The position numbers were made by a program, and so were the translations under genes. From NCBI GenBank assembly GCA_001821055.1, contig MHRT01000001.1:27868-91867 (forward strand): DNA of 64,000 nt, written 5' to 3'. The notes below the pieces were generated by a model. It made no database searches. It had not been told where the DNA came from and was given only the letters and a program-made list of their open reading frames with translations. The stretch comes from Candidatus Taylorbacteria bacterium RIFCSPHIGHO2_12_FULL_45_16. Its GTDB lineage: Bacteria > Patescibacteriota > Minisyncoccia > Phycocordibacterales > PALSA-1337. The first letter of the stretch is position 1; every line of letters starts with the position of its first letter. Shown here one piece after another: positions 38,996-48,609 of the stretch.

Positions 38996-39793
38996 CTACT
39001 TTCCTTCAGATGACTGTTCCCACATATACCAAAACCAAGTTCGGTAGCTCTCGGCTAGATTTTTGCTTCGAATTACGAAAATTACGATATTTTTGTCAGT
39101 TTTACCGAGAGTGACTCCTGTATAAGTAACTACAAAATCACCAAAAATATGAAGAGCTGAATTGGTCGAATATTTTTTTGGCAGAAAACGATACTTGAGG
39201 TCTCCTGGGAAGTGATTGGGAAAATTTGGCATTTCTGATTTTATTTCATTGTCAAAAAGCTGAATGAATTTTATTTTTTTCCTGTTTGCTTCCTTAAAAA
39301 AAGCCGTTCTTCCCGCATCAAGATTGGGATCAAACCAAGATCCCTTCGCGCCTATGAAGTAACTGTCTTGGCCCACACGCAACACATCTCTCCAAATATT
39401 CCTCTGACCTTCTAGACCTCTATAAATGTACGCTTCCTCCGGAGCAATGCTTGCTTGGAATTTCTTTTTCAATAAAGGAAGGATGCTTCTCAAATTTTCC
39501 TGTTTTTCCGCGAGGAGCTCCGTCAGCTTGTCAGGGTCTACGGCGTTATAGGTATTTTCTCCTTTGGAAAAAATCTGGAAACAAAGACCCTTGTTGATCA
39601 ATCGTTGCATCACATCATAAGCGTTTCGGCGGTGAATATTGGCGTTCACGGCTATAGCACTGATGGAAGATTCACCACTTTCGATAAGAGATTCATATAT
39701 CCGCGCTTCATTTGGGCTTAAACCAAGCTCTTCAAGTATTTTTTGATTCATAAATTGTGGTGGTAATAGACACCCTATGGTGGTATTGGCCAC
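38996..39793 (-). CDS. TrmB-family transcriptional regulator (start perhaps 39751)
   Basis: LEELGLSPNEARIY..L...R.NAY..L.NKGL; Y.GLEG; IFGD.V. Confidence 0.88.
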   Translation of the reverse strand: MANTTIGCLLPPQFMNQKILEELGLSPNEARIYESLIESGESSISAIAVNANIHRRNAYDVMQRLINKGLCFQIFSKGENTYNAVDPDKLTELLAEKQENLRSILPLLKKKFQASIAPEEAYIYRGLEGQRNIWRDVLRVGQDSYFIGAKGSWFDPNLDAGRTAFFKEANRKKIKFIQLFDNEIKSEMPNFPNHFPGDLKYRFLPKKYSTNSALHIFGDFVVTYTGVTLGKTDKNIVIFVIRSKNLAESYRTWFWYMWEQSSEGK

Positions 39794-39850
39794 TCATAGA
39801 CCATAATATAACATACCTGTCGGACAGTCAACCAATTAAAACCAAATATT

Positions 39851-40516
39851 ATGAAAACTTCAGCATGTCTCTTAACGGCTATGTTTCTAGGTGCAATCGG
39901 TATTCAATCAGCCGAAAAGCCTGATGACTCATTGGCCTTCCAGCTTCGAATTCCAATCCATCTCCAGTTTACCGGTCTTCACACGAACAGTCTGGGAAGC
40001 TTCGGAATAGCGGCTTGGACCATCTTTTCTGACGTCACCGAAGAGGACAATAACACTGCAAACTTCAACGTTATCGGGTCTCTCTGGCAATACGGTGAAA
40101 GGGGAAGTTGGCTGGAAGTAATGGGTGGATACAAACGAACTGAAGATGGCTTCAATGACCCAGCTCTGGATATTCGCTTGTTTGATAGGACCGTTCCCAA
40201 AGTTAACATCGCTGCCGAGATCGCCTATTTTCCTCGTGAAGAGAGGAGGAGGCTCTATACTTGGCTGGCGATGGATATACCCATTTCATTGAGGAAGTAT
40301 CAGGCACGAATCGGGCTCGAATCGGAGAACATCGTCTCCTGTTCTGGAAGGAGGGATTCTTTGGGTATTGGGCCTAGACTTGTTCTGCCTCTACCGTTTG
40401 TAAGCAAAATCTCACCCGCACTGTCATCCTCACTGACGACAACTTATCAGTATCGCAATGACCGAGATTTTGTGAGGTGTTATCTCGGTTTGACTTACAA
40501 GTTTGGGAAAAAGTGA
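39851..40516 (+). CDS. Exported protein resembling an outer-membrane beta-barrel
   Basis: Signal peptide; alternating amphipathic strands; C-terminal YLGLTYKF. Confidence 0.6.
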   Translation: MKTSACLLTAMFLGAIGIQSAEKPDDSLAFQLRIPIHLQFTGLHTNSLGSFGIAAWTIFSDVTEEDNNTANFNVIGSLWQYGERGSWLEVMGGYKRTEDGFNDPALDIRLFDRTVPKVNIAAEIAYFPREERRRLYTWLAMDIPISLRKYQARIGLESENIVSCSGRRDSLGIGPRLVLPLPFVSKISPALSSSLTTTYQYRNDRDFVRCYLGLTYKFGKK

Positions 40517-40542
40517 AGTGCTGTTCCAAAGGTTTTTCTCAA

Positions 40543-40580
40543 CCAGTTGCTGACTTCACGTCAGCAACTGGCTTTTCTTT
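40543..40580 (+). terminator. Intrinsic terminator
   Basis: CCAGTTGCTGAC-TTCAC-GTCAGCAACTGG + CTTTTCTTTT. Confidence 0.8.
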
Positions 40581-40667
40581 TACCACAATGCCATTTTTTA
40601 GCCTTACTTCTAGGCGTGTATTGCTGTTGACTCTGTATTTCACATATGATACACTTTTGTCATAATT

Positions 40668-41279
40668 ATGAAAAACAAGAATAACCTTATCGAACAGCTA
40701 AAACCCTTACCCCATTTTACTAAAGATGTTGTGTACCAGCTTGGCAAGCATCTAGGGCTTGAGGATTCTACGGTTGACACCTACATTAGCCGCTTCTTGA
40801 AGCGCAAAGAAATTTATCGTCTAAAAAATGGGCTCTATGTTTCATCTGATTTTTTCGATAAGAATAAGAATGATATTTCTTATTCATTTTACCTTGCCAA
40901 TATTCTTCGCAGGCCATCATACGTTAGTTCGTGGACGGCGCTCCAGTATTACAATCTTACTACTGAAGCAATCTACGGAGTCACTTCGGTGACGCAGAAA
41001 GTTAAAAGAGACTACCAGACAAAGGCCGGCAGTTTTGTTTATCAGTCGATCGATAAAAAGTTTTTTTCTAATTTTTCTCTAGTAAACGGGAAATTTAAAT
41101 TTTTCATCGCCTCGCCCTCAAAAGCATTGTTTGATTTGCTATACTTTAAGACCAATGAGTTCCGTGGTGTTTCGATCGGAAACGTTGAGGATATGATAAA
41201 AGAGTTGAGGATAGATTTTGAAGAGATGGAAGAGGAAGAGCAGACGAAATTTTATTCAATGGTCAACAAACTAAAATGA
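40668..41279 (+). CDS. AbiEi-like type IV TA antitoxin
   Basis: RLKNGLY, PSYVS..TALQYY.L..E, TSVT, IASP.KALFD. Confidence 0.88.
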   Translation: MKNKNNLIEQLKPLPHFTKDVVYQLGKHLGLEDSTVDTYISRFLKRKEIYRLKNGLYVSSDFFDKNKNDISYSFYLANILRRPSYVSSWTALQYYNLTTEAIYGVTSVTQKVKRDYQTKAGSFVYQSIDKKFFSNFSLVNGKFKFFIASPSKALFDLLYFKTNEFRGVSIGNVEDMIKELRIDFEEMEEEEQTKFYSMVNKLK

Positions 41280-42553
41280 GTGAACAGATTAAAACAATTC
41301 TAAAAAGAAAACTTGATGATCTTGCCTCTTATGGTGAGATTGATGTAGAAACACGTCGTAACGCGCTTAAAGAGGATTTGCAGTTCTACGTCCTCAATTT
41401 TATTTATCATCATCCTGAATACAATAAATGGATTATGTATGGAGGCTCCGCACTCCGTATCATTCATGGTCTTGATCGAATGTCGGTTGATCTAGACTTT
41501 GAAATTTCACATTCTATAACGGAGAAATTCTTGGAAGAGGTGAAGAAAGAGATTGAAGACTATTTCAAAAACACTTATGGCGCAGGAACGGATTTCCTTA
41601 CAATTAAAATAACCACGGGCAGGGGATTACTTCTCAAATTCCATGTCGGTGATGAGTTAAGCTCTGGGCACCCGTCGAAACAGGTTCATGTAAAGATAGA
41701 CCTCAATCACTTTGTGGCACCGAAGACTGTGACGGAACGTAGACCAATAAACCAGGACCAGCTTTCTTTTGTAATTCTGACCTATAACATGTCAGCCCTC
41801 ATGGCTAGCAAACTGGCTGCTATTTTCCTCCGAGGAACTCGCGGTATCGGCTCTGCTACATATGAAGAAAAAGGGCGTGATATATATGATCTTCTTTGGT
41901 ACATGAACAAAAAGATTGTGCCTGATCTGGGCTATCTCGTAGCTAAGGAGATTGATGTAAAAGACCCACGCATGATCTTCGATAGGCTTACGCTTCAGAT
42001 GAACAAAGTTAGTGATGATAATCTTAAGCAGGACCTATCACCTCTGTTTGTAAATCGAGGCTTTATTGAAAGATGGCTCAAAAATTGGCGTGAGAGTTAC
42101 TTGCGACTTCTTGATGACTACAAAATTCGGACTGTAGTGGGTTTAGAAAGGATTGTAATTCATCAGGATGAGCCAAGTACAACCGCCATCACTTTTGAAT
42201 ATTTCTACAAAACTAAAGATGATAAGTTGTTTAGGGTTATGTACAAAATTGAAGACTATTTGGTTGCATTTAGTGATGATGTTTTACCCGTTGAACCTGA
42301 TAGAAACATTGAAGAGAAGATAGGGTTTGTCACCAGTATTATAGGCGGTAAGCGAGATAGGTTAAATCGGTTTGCAACTCTGTTTTATCAGAAAACTGAA
42401 AAGTATTTCAAGAAAACAAACAAAATCGTGCTTGGCGATAATCTTGTTACTAAAGTAATCCGAATGACCGCCGACGGTTTAAATCAGAAAGAACAGATTC
42501 TCCTCAATAAGTCCACCCTATTATCCTGTGAACTCGATGACTTGTTGAAATAG
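41276..42553 (+). CDS. AbiEii nucleotidyltransferase toxin with C-terminal extension
   Basis: GGSALRI.HG..RMSVDLDF, KLAA, GRDIYDL; 4-nt overlap with antitoxin. Confidence 0.92.
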   Translation: MSEQIKTILKRKLDDLASYGEIDVETRRNALKEDLQFYVLNFIYHHPEYNKWIMYGGSALRIIHGLDRMSVDLDFEISHSITEKFLEEVKKEIEDYFKNTYGAGTDFLTIKITTGRGLLLKFHVGDELSSGHPSKQVHVKIDLNHFVAPKTVTERRPINQDQLSFVILTYNMSALMASKLAAIFLRGTRGIGSATYEEKGRDIYDLLWYMNKKIVPDLGYLVAKEIDVKDPRMIFDRLTLQMNKVSDDNLKQDLSPLFVNRGFIERWLKNWRESYLRLLDDYKIRTVVGLERIVIHQDEPSTTAITFEYFYKTKDDKLFRVMYKIEDYLVAFSDDVLPVEPDRNIEEKIGFVTSIIGGKRDRLNRFATLFYQKTEKYFKKTNKIVLGDNLVTKVIRMTADGLNQKEQILLNKSTLLSCELDDLLK

Positions 42554-42581
42554 CAAAAAACCGCCCTTAAGGCGGTCTTTG
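42554..42581. terminator. Bidirectional terminator between abiEii and hup
   Basis: AAAAAACCGCC-CTTAA-GGCGGTCTTT. Confidence 0.7.
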
Positions 42582-42612
42582 CGTTTCGGTGAGAAACCGA
42601 AGAGAAATAGAG

Positions 42613-42885
42613 CTATTTTACGGCGTCCTTGAGTGCCTTTGCGGCGCGGAACTTTGGAACCTTCATGGCTGGAACCTTGATGGCTTCGCCAGTGCGAGGG
42701 TTGCGAGCGTCGCGAGCTGCGCGTTGTTTGACTGAGAAGATACCGAGGCCGGCGATAGAGACCTCTTCGCCCTTCTTGAGAGAGTCAACGATGCTATTGA
42801 TAGCTGTCTCAACTGCTTGCTCGGCCTGAACCTTGGTTCCTCCGAGAACTCCGTGAACTGCATCTACAATTCCTGCTTTATTCAT
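42613..42885 (-). CDS. hup: DNA-binding protein HU
   Basis: MNK..., GLGIF, RNPRTGE, PKF.A.K.LKDAV. Confidence 0.97.
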   Translation of the reverse strand: MNKAGIVDAVHGVLGGTKVQAEQAVETAINSIVDSLKKGEEVSIAGLGIFSVKQRAARDARNPRTGEAIKVPAMKVPKFRAAKALKDAVK

Positions 42886-43061
42886 TGTTGTATATATTAA
42901 TTAATAATCGCTTGTAAGTGGTCTCGGCCCGCCGCTGCCTCGATGGGCGGAGCGGATCGAGTCTATAACCATGGCCCTAATTATATAGTAAGCCGTATTT
43001 TGAGCAATAGGGTGGGAAAAGTTGACAAGATGTTGATAAATATTGCTCTGTACTTACCTGG

Positions 43062-44591
43062 TTATCTCGCAAACTCTATCGTCCTCGTCTCCCGTATAAC
43101 ATTCACCTTGATCTCGCCAGGATACTTGAGATCCTTTTCAATCTTCATGGCAATCTCTCTTGCCATATTTTTGGCAGTTAGATCATCAACTTCCTCGGGC
43201 TTCACGAATATGCGTATCTCGCGTCCGGCTTGGAGAGCGTAGGACTTCTCGATGCCAGGGAATGAGTTGGCCAGAGCCTCAAGGTCGCCGAGACGCTTGA
43301 TGTAGTTTTCAATATTATCGCGTCTGGCACCGGGACGAGCACCGGAAATGGCGTCCGCGGTCTGGACGATGCGAGATTCAATGGTCTCGTAAGGGTATTC
43401 TTCATGATGAGCTTGCATGGCCTTGATGACTTCTTCTGGAGCGCCAAATTTTTGCAAGATGCGGCGACCAATCTCGACATGAGTGCCGGCGACTTCGTGG
43501 TCAAGAGCTTTGCCTATATCGTGAAGGAGAGCACCAGCCTTGGCGACTTGAACATTGGCACCGAGCTCTTCGGCAATCATCCCGGCTATATGAGCCATTT
43601 CCATGGAATGTTGGAGAACATTCTGGCCATAGCTGGTGCGGAAATGGAGGCGACCGAGAATGAGTAGAATGCGTGGATCCAATCCGAGCACGCCACATTC
43701 ATACGCGGCGGCCTCACCTTTTTCTTTGATGGTTTTGTTTATATCCTGTTTTGCCTTTTCAACCAAAGATTCTATCTTTACCGGCTGGATGCGGCCGTCT
43801 TTGATGAGTTCACGCAAAGCGATGGCGGCAGTATGACGGCGCACTGGATCAAATGAAGAAATGGTGATGGCGCCTGGAGTATCGTCAACCATGACTTCAA
43901 CGCCGGTGACGCGTTCAAAAGCTTTGATATTGCGACCTTCCTTGCCGATAATTTTCCCCTTGACATCATCGCTTGGAATTTCAACCATAGTGGACATGAT
44001 ATCCTGCGTAACGGATGACGCCAGGCGCTGAATAGAAATGGCGAGAATATCTTGCGCTTTCTTATTGAGCATGTCTTCGCCTTGAGTGTCGAGTTTATTC
44101 ATACGAACGAGCAAATCTTCTTCGCTGCGCTTTTCCACGATCTTCATGAGTTGGTCTTTGGCATCGTTGGCAGAGAGCTGAGCGATTTTTTCAAGTGCGG
44201 CTAGGCGATCAAGCTCGAGTTTGTCGGCTTTCTCGCGGATAGTCTTGATTTCAGCTACGCGGATCTTGATCATCTCGACTTCTTTGTCGATGTCAGTTTG
44301 GCGCTTGTCGAGTAGGTCCTCTTTTTTGATGAGGCGATCCTCGATTTGATGTATTTTTTCTTCTTTCTCTTTAATCTCTACTCGCGCGTCGTTGAGGGTT
44401 TTGGTGGCTTTGACTTCAGCGTCCGCGGTAATCTTCTTGGCCTCTTCTTTGGCGGCAAGAAGCATTTCCTTGATTTCAAGCTCCATGGATCCCTTTTTGC
44501 CAAGAGAGATGATCAGTCGCAGATAGTAACCAACAGCCACTCCGACGACTCCGGCGACGGATAGAAAGAGGGCAACTAATTTTAATGACAT
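43062..44591 (-). CDS. rny: Ribonuclease Y
   Basis: TM, coiled coil, KH (KGKIIGKEGRNI), HD (LLHDIGKA), QAGREIR. Confidence 0.98.
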   Translation of the reverse strand: MSLKLVALFLSVAGVVGVAVGYYLRLIISLGKKGSMELEIKEMLLAAKEEAKKITADAEVKATKTLNDARVEIKEKEEKIHQIEDRLIKKEDLLDKRQTDIDKEVEMIKIRVAEIKTIREKADKLELDRLAALEKIAQLSANDAKDQLMKIVEKRSEEDLLVRMNKLDTQGEDMLNKKAQDILAISIQRLASSVTQDIMSTMVEIPSDDVKGKIIGKEGRNIKAFERVTGVEVMVDDTPGAITISSFDPVRRHTAAIALRELIKDGRIQPVKIESLVEKAKQDINKTIKEKGEAAAYECGVLGLDPRILLILGRLHFRTSYGQNVLQHSMEMAHIAGMIAEELGANVQVAKAGALLHDIGKALDHEVAGTHVEIGRRILQKFGAPEEVIKAMQAHHEEYPYETIESRIVQTADAISGARPGARRDNIENYIKRLGDLEALANSFPGIEKSYALQAGREIRIFVKPEEVDDLTAKNMAREIAMKIEKDLKYPGEIKVNVIRETRTIEFAR

Positions 44592-44863
44592 ATGCGGTGT
44601 GGATCCGCCTTTGACGAGAACTATGGTGAGATTAACGTATGAGCTTGTGCCCGAAAGTTTGCGGGGTATGATGTTGTAACTCGATTCAATAGGGTGTTCA
44701 TAAGTTGTTTTTTCACTAGAATTCCTTAAAAAGCGGTGTTAATTTAAAAATTGGTAACGATTGTATGATATAACTTATTTGGACGGAGCGCAAGTTGACT
44801 TGTCATTTTGCTTTTACTAGATATAAAAAAGGCACCATATCGTGAGATATGACACCAGTGATT

Positions 44864-45493
44864 TCAAAGTCGCTTGCCGATCATGAATATTGAACCAATC
44901 AAAAGAAAAAGGATGATTGCACTTGGCTCCGGTACGACTTGGATAAGGTAGAGTTGATCTGTCCGGAATCTCTCCGTATTTACCAAGATAAAGTCCTGAA
45001 TAGTCCCTCCTGGTGCATCTGCTATCTCAAGCGGGTTAAGAGCATCGAGGCCCCAAGAGTAGAGTCCAGTTTGTGGAGCGGCAAAATTGGGTAATATGAA
45101 TTGAAAGTTTCGACTTTCTCCTTCTGGTACCGAATACCAATCCGATGTATCGCTCGGATATGACACTGGTGAAATTAGATAGCCTTCAGCCGGAGATGTT
45201 ACATGGTAATTACCATTCAGGAGTATGGTGGTGTGGCTATATAAGCCGTCGAAAATGTTGTAGTCTTTTCGAACAAATACGTCCATGTCCGTAGCCGTCA
45301 GGCTTATTATTATCGAGAAGCTTCCGTACTTACTGGGATTATTAACCGTTCCAGTGTAATCTGCTCGTAGATTGACCAGATCGAGCTCGAACGCCTGCGT
45401 CAGATTTGAGGCAGTGAGAAAGAGAACGAGGGTAATGCCGACCAGACCAACAGCGAAACTGCCAACCGAATGTCGAATTGCAATGTTCTTCAT
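44864..45493 (-). CDS. PEP-CTERM sorting-domain exported protein
   Basis: N-terminal signal; C-terminal VVPEPSAIILFLLIGSIFMIGKRL. Confidence 0.8.
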   Translation of the reverse strand: MKNIAIRHSVGSFAVGLVGITLVLFLTASNLTQAFELDLVNLRADYTGTVNNPSKYGSFSIIISLTATDMDVFVRKDYNIFDGLYSHTTILLNGNYHVTSPAEGYLISPVSYPSDTSDWYSVPEGESRNFQFILPNFAAPQTGLYSWGLDALNPLEIADAPGGTIQDFILVNTERFRTDQLYLIQVVPEPSAIILFLLIGSIFMIGKRL

Positions 45494-45629
45494 AGTTTAT
45501 TTTCTCCCTTTGTTTTTTGGGAGACCTTTTTGTTTCTGTAAATCATCCTACAGAAGATTTTATATTTGTCAAGATTATGCTTTCATGCTATAGTGCTTGA
45601 GCAATTATTTTCAATAAAAATATAAAACC

Positions 45630-46211
45630 ATGTTAATCCCAACCGTTATCGAAAAATCATCGTTTGGCGAACGCGCGTATGACATCTACTCACGCCTCCT
45701 CAAAGAAAATATTATTTTCCTGGGCGGTCCCATCGACGACCACATGGCCAACCTGATCATTGCCCAGCTGCTTTTCCTGCAATCCGAAGATCCAAAGAAG
45801 GAAGTTCAGCTCTACATAAACTCGCCTGGCGGTTCAGTGACCTCAACTTTAGCCATTATTGATACGATGAATCATGTCAAGAATGATATCTCCACTGTTT
45901 GTGTGGGTATCGCCGCTTCTGGTGCGGCCCTGATTCTTTCGGCTGGGACAAAAGGCAAGCGCGTAGCTCTGCCTAACGCCGAAGTTATGATTCATCAGCC
46001 GCTTGGTGGCGCCGAAGGACAGGCTTCGGATATAGAGATCAGCGCCAAGCACATCATCAAGACCCGCGCGACCATCAACAAAATTCTCGCCAAGAATACT
46101 GGCCAGTCACTGTCGAAGATTGATAAAGATGTTGATCGGGATTTCTTCATGGATGCCGAAGAAGCCAAGAAATATGGAATTATTGATCAGGTGGTCAATG
46201 GGAAGAAGTAA
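45630..46211 (+). CDS. clpP: ATP-dependent Clp protease proteolytic subunit
   Basis: [25 protein letters not shown]. Confidence 0.98.
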   Translation: MLIPTVIEKSSFGERAYDIYSRLLKENIIFLGGPIDDHMANLIIAQLLFLQSEDPKKEVQLYINSPGGSVTSTLAIIDTMNHVKNDISTVCVGIAASGAALILSAGTKGKRVALPNAEVMIHQPLGGAEGQASDIEISAKHIIKTRATINKILAKNTGQSLSKIDKDVDRDFFMDAEEAKKYGIIDQVVNGKK

Positions 46212-46286
46212 TTAATGATTAAAACCCAATGATGCAATGATCAGATTCGGGCCGATTGGCCGCATTGATAATTGGAAACTTATAAC

Positions 46287-46990
46287 ATGCGTCTCTACCG
46301 CTTCTACATAAGCGAAATTATTGGCTCACGGAAAGAGATTATTATTCATTCAGATGAATTGGCGAATCAGATTTTGCACGTGTTTCGAATGAAAGTGGGG
46401 GAGAGCGTCATTCTGTTTGATGGTTCTGGTTTTGATTATGAATGTGTCATTGCCAGCTTCGGTCAAACTGACCAAAAATTAGTCACTTTCAATGTCGGGA
46501 GAAAAACGCTAAGCAGATTCATGCCTGCGTGTGAGGTTACTTTATGCGCGGCGGTGGTAAAAAAAATACTTTTGAATGGATTGTGGAAAAAGCCACGGAA
46601 CTTGGCGTGACGAAAATAATCCCGATCATGGCCGAGCGTAGCGAGAAAAAGAATTTAAATGAAGAACGATTGAAGAAAATTGCGGTGGAGGCTAGTGAGC
46701 AGTCAGGACGGGGGACTGTGCCGGAGATTGAGGTAATCATCAGTCTGGAAGAAGCTGTTCAGCGGCTTCCCCGAGGTTCCACCTCGGTGGCATTCCATAC
46801 CGAAGGTAAGCCATTACCCCTGCCTATCCGAGGTGGAACCTCGGTACTCTTCATCGGTCCGGAGGGCGGCTGGTCGCCGAAAGAAATCGAGATGTTTCAC
46901 GCCAATAAAATTCCCATATTTACATTCGGAAAACAAGTTTTGCGGTCTGAGACTGCCGTAGTCGTTACCCTTGCGAAGATATTACTGTAA
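46287..46990 (+). pseudogene. rsmE: 16S rRNA m3U1498 methyltransferase RsmE, split by a frameshift in an A8 run
   Basis: HVFRM..GE...FDG in the first frame; EKATELGV, ASEQSGR, IGPEGG, LRSETA in the -1 frame; A8 at 46559-46566. Confidence 0.85.
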
Positions 46991-47082
46991 GTCGCGTGCC
47001 AATTTCAGTTAGCGTGGGATTTCATGAGGTTTTTGATTAAATTGTTTATTTTTGGTAAAGTTCAATCAAATAAAGATGTTTT

Positions 47083-48159
47083 TTATTTGTTCGACTCAAG
47101 AAAAACAAACACCTTCTCATTGGTCAGCACCGTTTCCGCATAGACAGCCGCACGCTCACGGTCGGCGTCTTTATAATGTTCAACGATGCGATTTACTTCC
47201 TCTTCAATTTCCTGAACTTCAGGTTTGATATTTTCTTTCTTGGCGATCTCATTCAGGATCAATTGCAGCTTGGCTTTCTTTTCAGCATGAGGTCTCCACT
47301 CGGCACGAAGTTCCTCAATGGTTTTCTTGGCGTGCTTCATGTAGTCCTCCAGCTTCACGCCCATCCGTTCGATGTCAGCGGAGAATTGCGACTGGGTCCG
47401 GTTGAGTTCGCTTTCGATCATCACATCAGGCAATTCGATCTTAGTTGCTTCGACCAGAGCATCGGCGATCCGGACGCGAGTTTTTTCTATGGCCTGATCG
47501 CGTTTCTGTCCGGCAATCATGTCCGACAACTTATTCTTGAAATCAGATACATCGGTAAAATCTCCCAAACCCTTGACGAATTCATCTGTAAGTCCCGGCA
47601 TCGCAGCTTCAATAGCTTTGTCATGTTCCTCCGGCGTCATCTTGTCATGATTATGTCCTTCGTGAGACGCATGCTGTTTGCGAACGCGCAAGACTGCTTC
47701 ATCAATATCTTTTTCAGAAACCTTCAAATCTTTCGGATCGGCTTTCTCGGCTTCTTTTTCGGCAATTTTCTTGTAATCAGGCAAAACAATTTCAGGTACT
47801 ACTGAAGTCGTCGCCGTAAATTCCAATGGATTATCTTTGGCTAGCTTGGTAACACGGATCTCTGGCTTACCTATGGCGTCAATTTTTTCAGTAATTAAAA
47901 TATCAATGTATGCTTTTGACAGCGCCAACTCAGCCATCTCTTCCAAGATTGCCATATCTCCAACTTTGGCCACGAGAATGTTTTCTGGAACCCTGCCTTT
48001 GCGAAATCCGTCTAACGTGATTGATTCATTAATGTGATTTATTGCTTCGGCGCGATATTTTCCCCATTCAGCTGCGGCAACCGAACCGGTGATCTCCACA
48101 CGGGATTTGTCGAGCTTTTTAGCGATGGCTGAGTCGTATGATTTGGTTGTTTCAATCAT
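47083..48159 (-). CDS. tig: Trigger factor (PPIase domain reduced)
   Basis: GFRKGRVP signature; C-terminal SurA-like domain. Confidence 0.93.
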   Translation of the reverse strand: MIETTKSYDSAIAKKLDKSRVEITGSVAAAEWGKYRAEAINHINESITLDGFRKGRVPENILVAKVGDMAILEEMAELALSKAYIDILITEKIDAIGKPEIRVTKLAKDNPLEFTATTSVVPEIVLPDYKKIAEKEAEKADPKDLKVSEKDIDEAVLRVRKQHASHEGHNHDKMTPEEHDKAIEAAMPGLTDEFVKGLGDFTDVSDFKNKLSDMIAGQKRDQAIEKTRVRIADALVEATKIELPDVMIESELNRTQSQFSADIERMGVKLEDYMKHAKKTIEELRAEWRPHAEKKAKLQLILNEIAKKENIKPEVQEIEEEVNRIVEHYKDADRERAAVYAETVLTNEKVFVFLESNK

Positions 48160-48246
48160 GAAAATGAGTCTACACGGAAAGTTGGTCTGAAGCAAGAAAA
48201 ACTCCCGGCAAGGGAGCTTTCTTTGTCTGAAAATTTGAATTATCGC

Positions 48247-48591
48247 CTAAAAATTTTGATCATCCAGGCCTTGGGTTGAAGCTTCGAGGTCAGCTTCAAG
48301 GGATGTTATATCGTCATTTGTGCTTGTGACTGATTTGATGGTTGTTGTTTCGGTGATTGTTGTGGTCTCGGTGGTCTCGTTCGCCATGGTCGAATCGGCT
48401 GGGACTTGTTGTTCATCGATCTTTGAAGCAAAGAGATACAAAGCACCAATGACGAGTATGAGGACAATAATCAATATGGCGACAATCAGCCCGGTATTTT
48501 TGTGTTGAGGTAGATTGTTTGTTTGGACAGTAGTCGAAGACGGTGTTGGTGCTACGGGCGACAATGGTTGTTGTGGTGTGAGTGGATCCAT
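48247..48591 (-). CDS. Small single-pass membrane protein
   Basis: TM helix; DDITSLEADL motif. Confidence 0.7.
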   Translation of the reverse strand: MDPLTPQQPLSPVAPTPSSTTVQTNNLPQHKNTGLIVAILIIVLILVIGALYLFASKIDEQQVPADSTMANETTETTTITETTTIKSVTSTNDDITSLEADLEASTQGLDDQNF

Positions 48592-48609
48592 GGTTGTTGT
48601 TTATTAATA

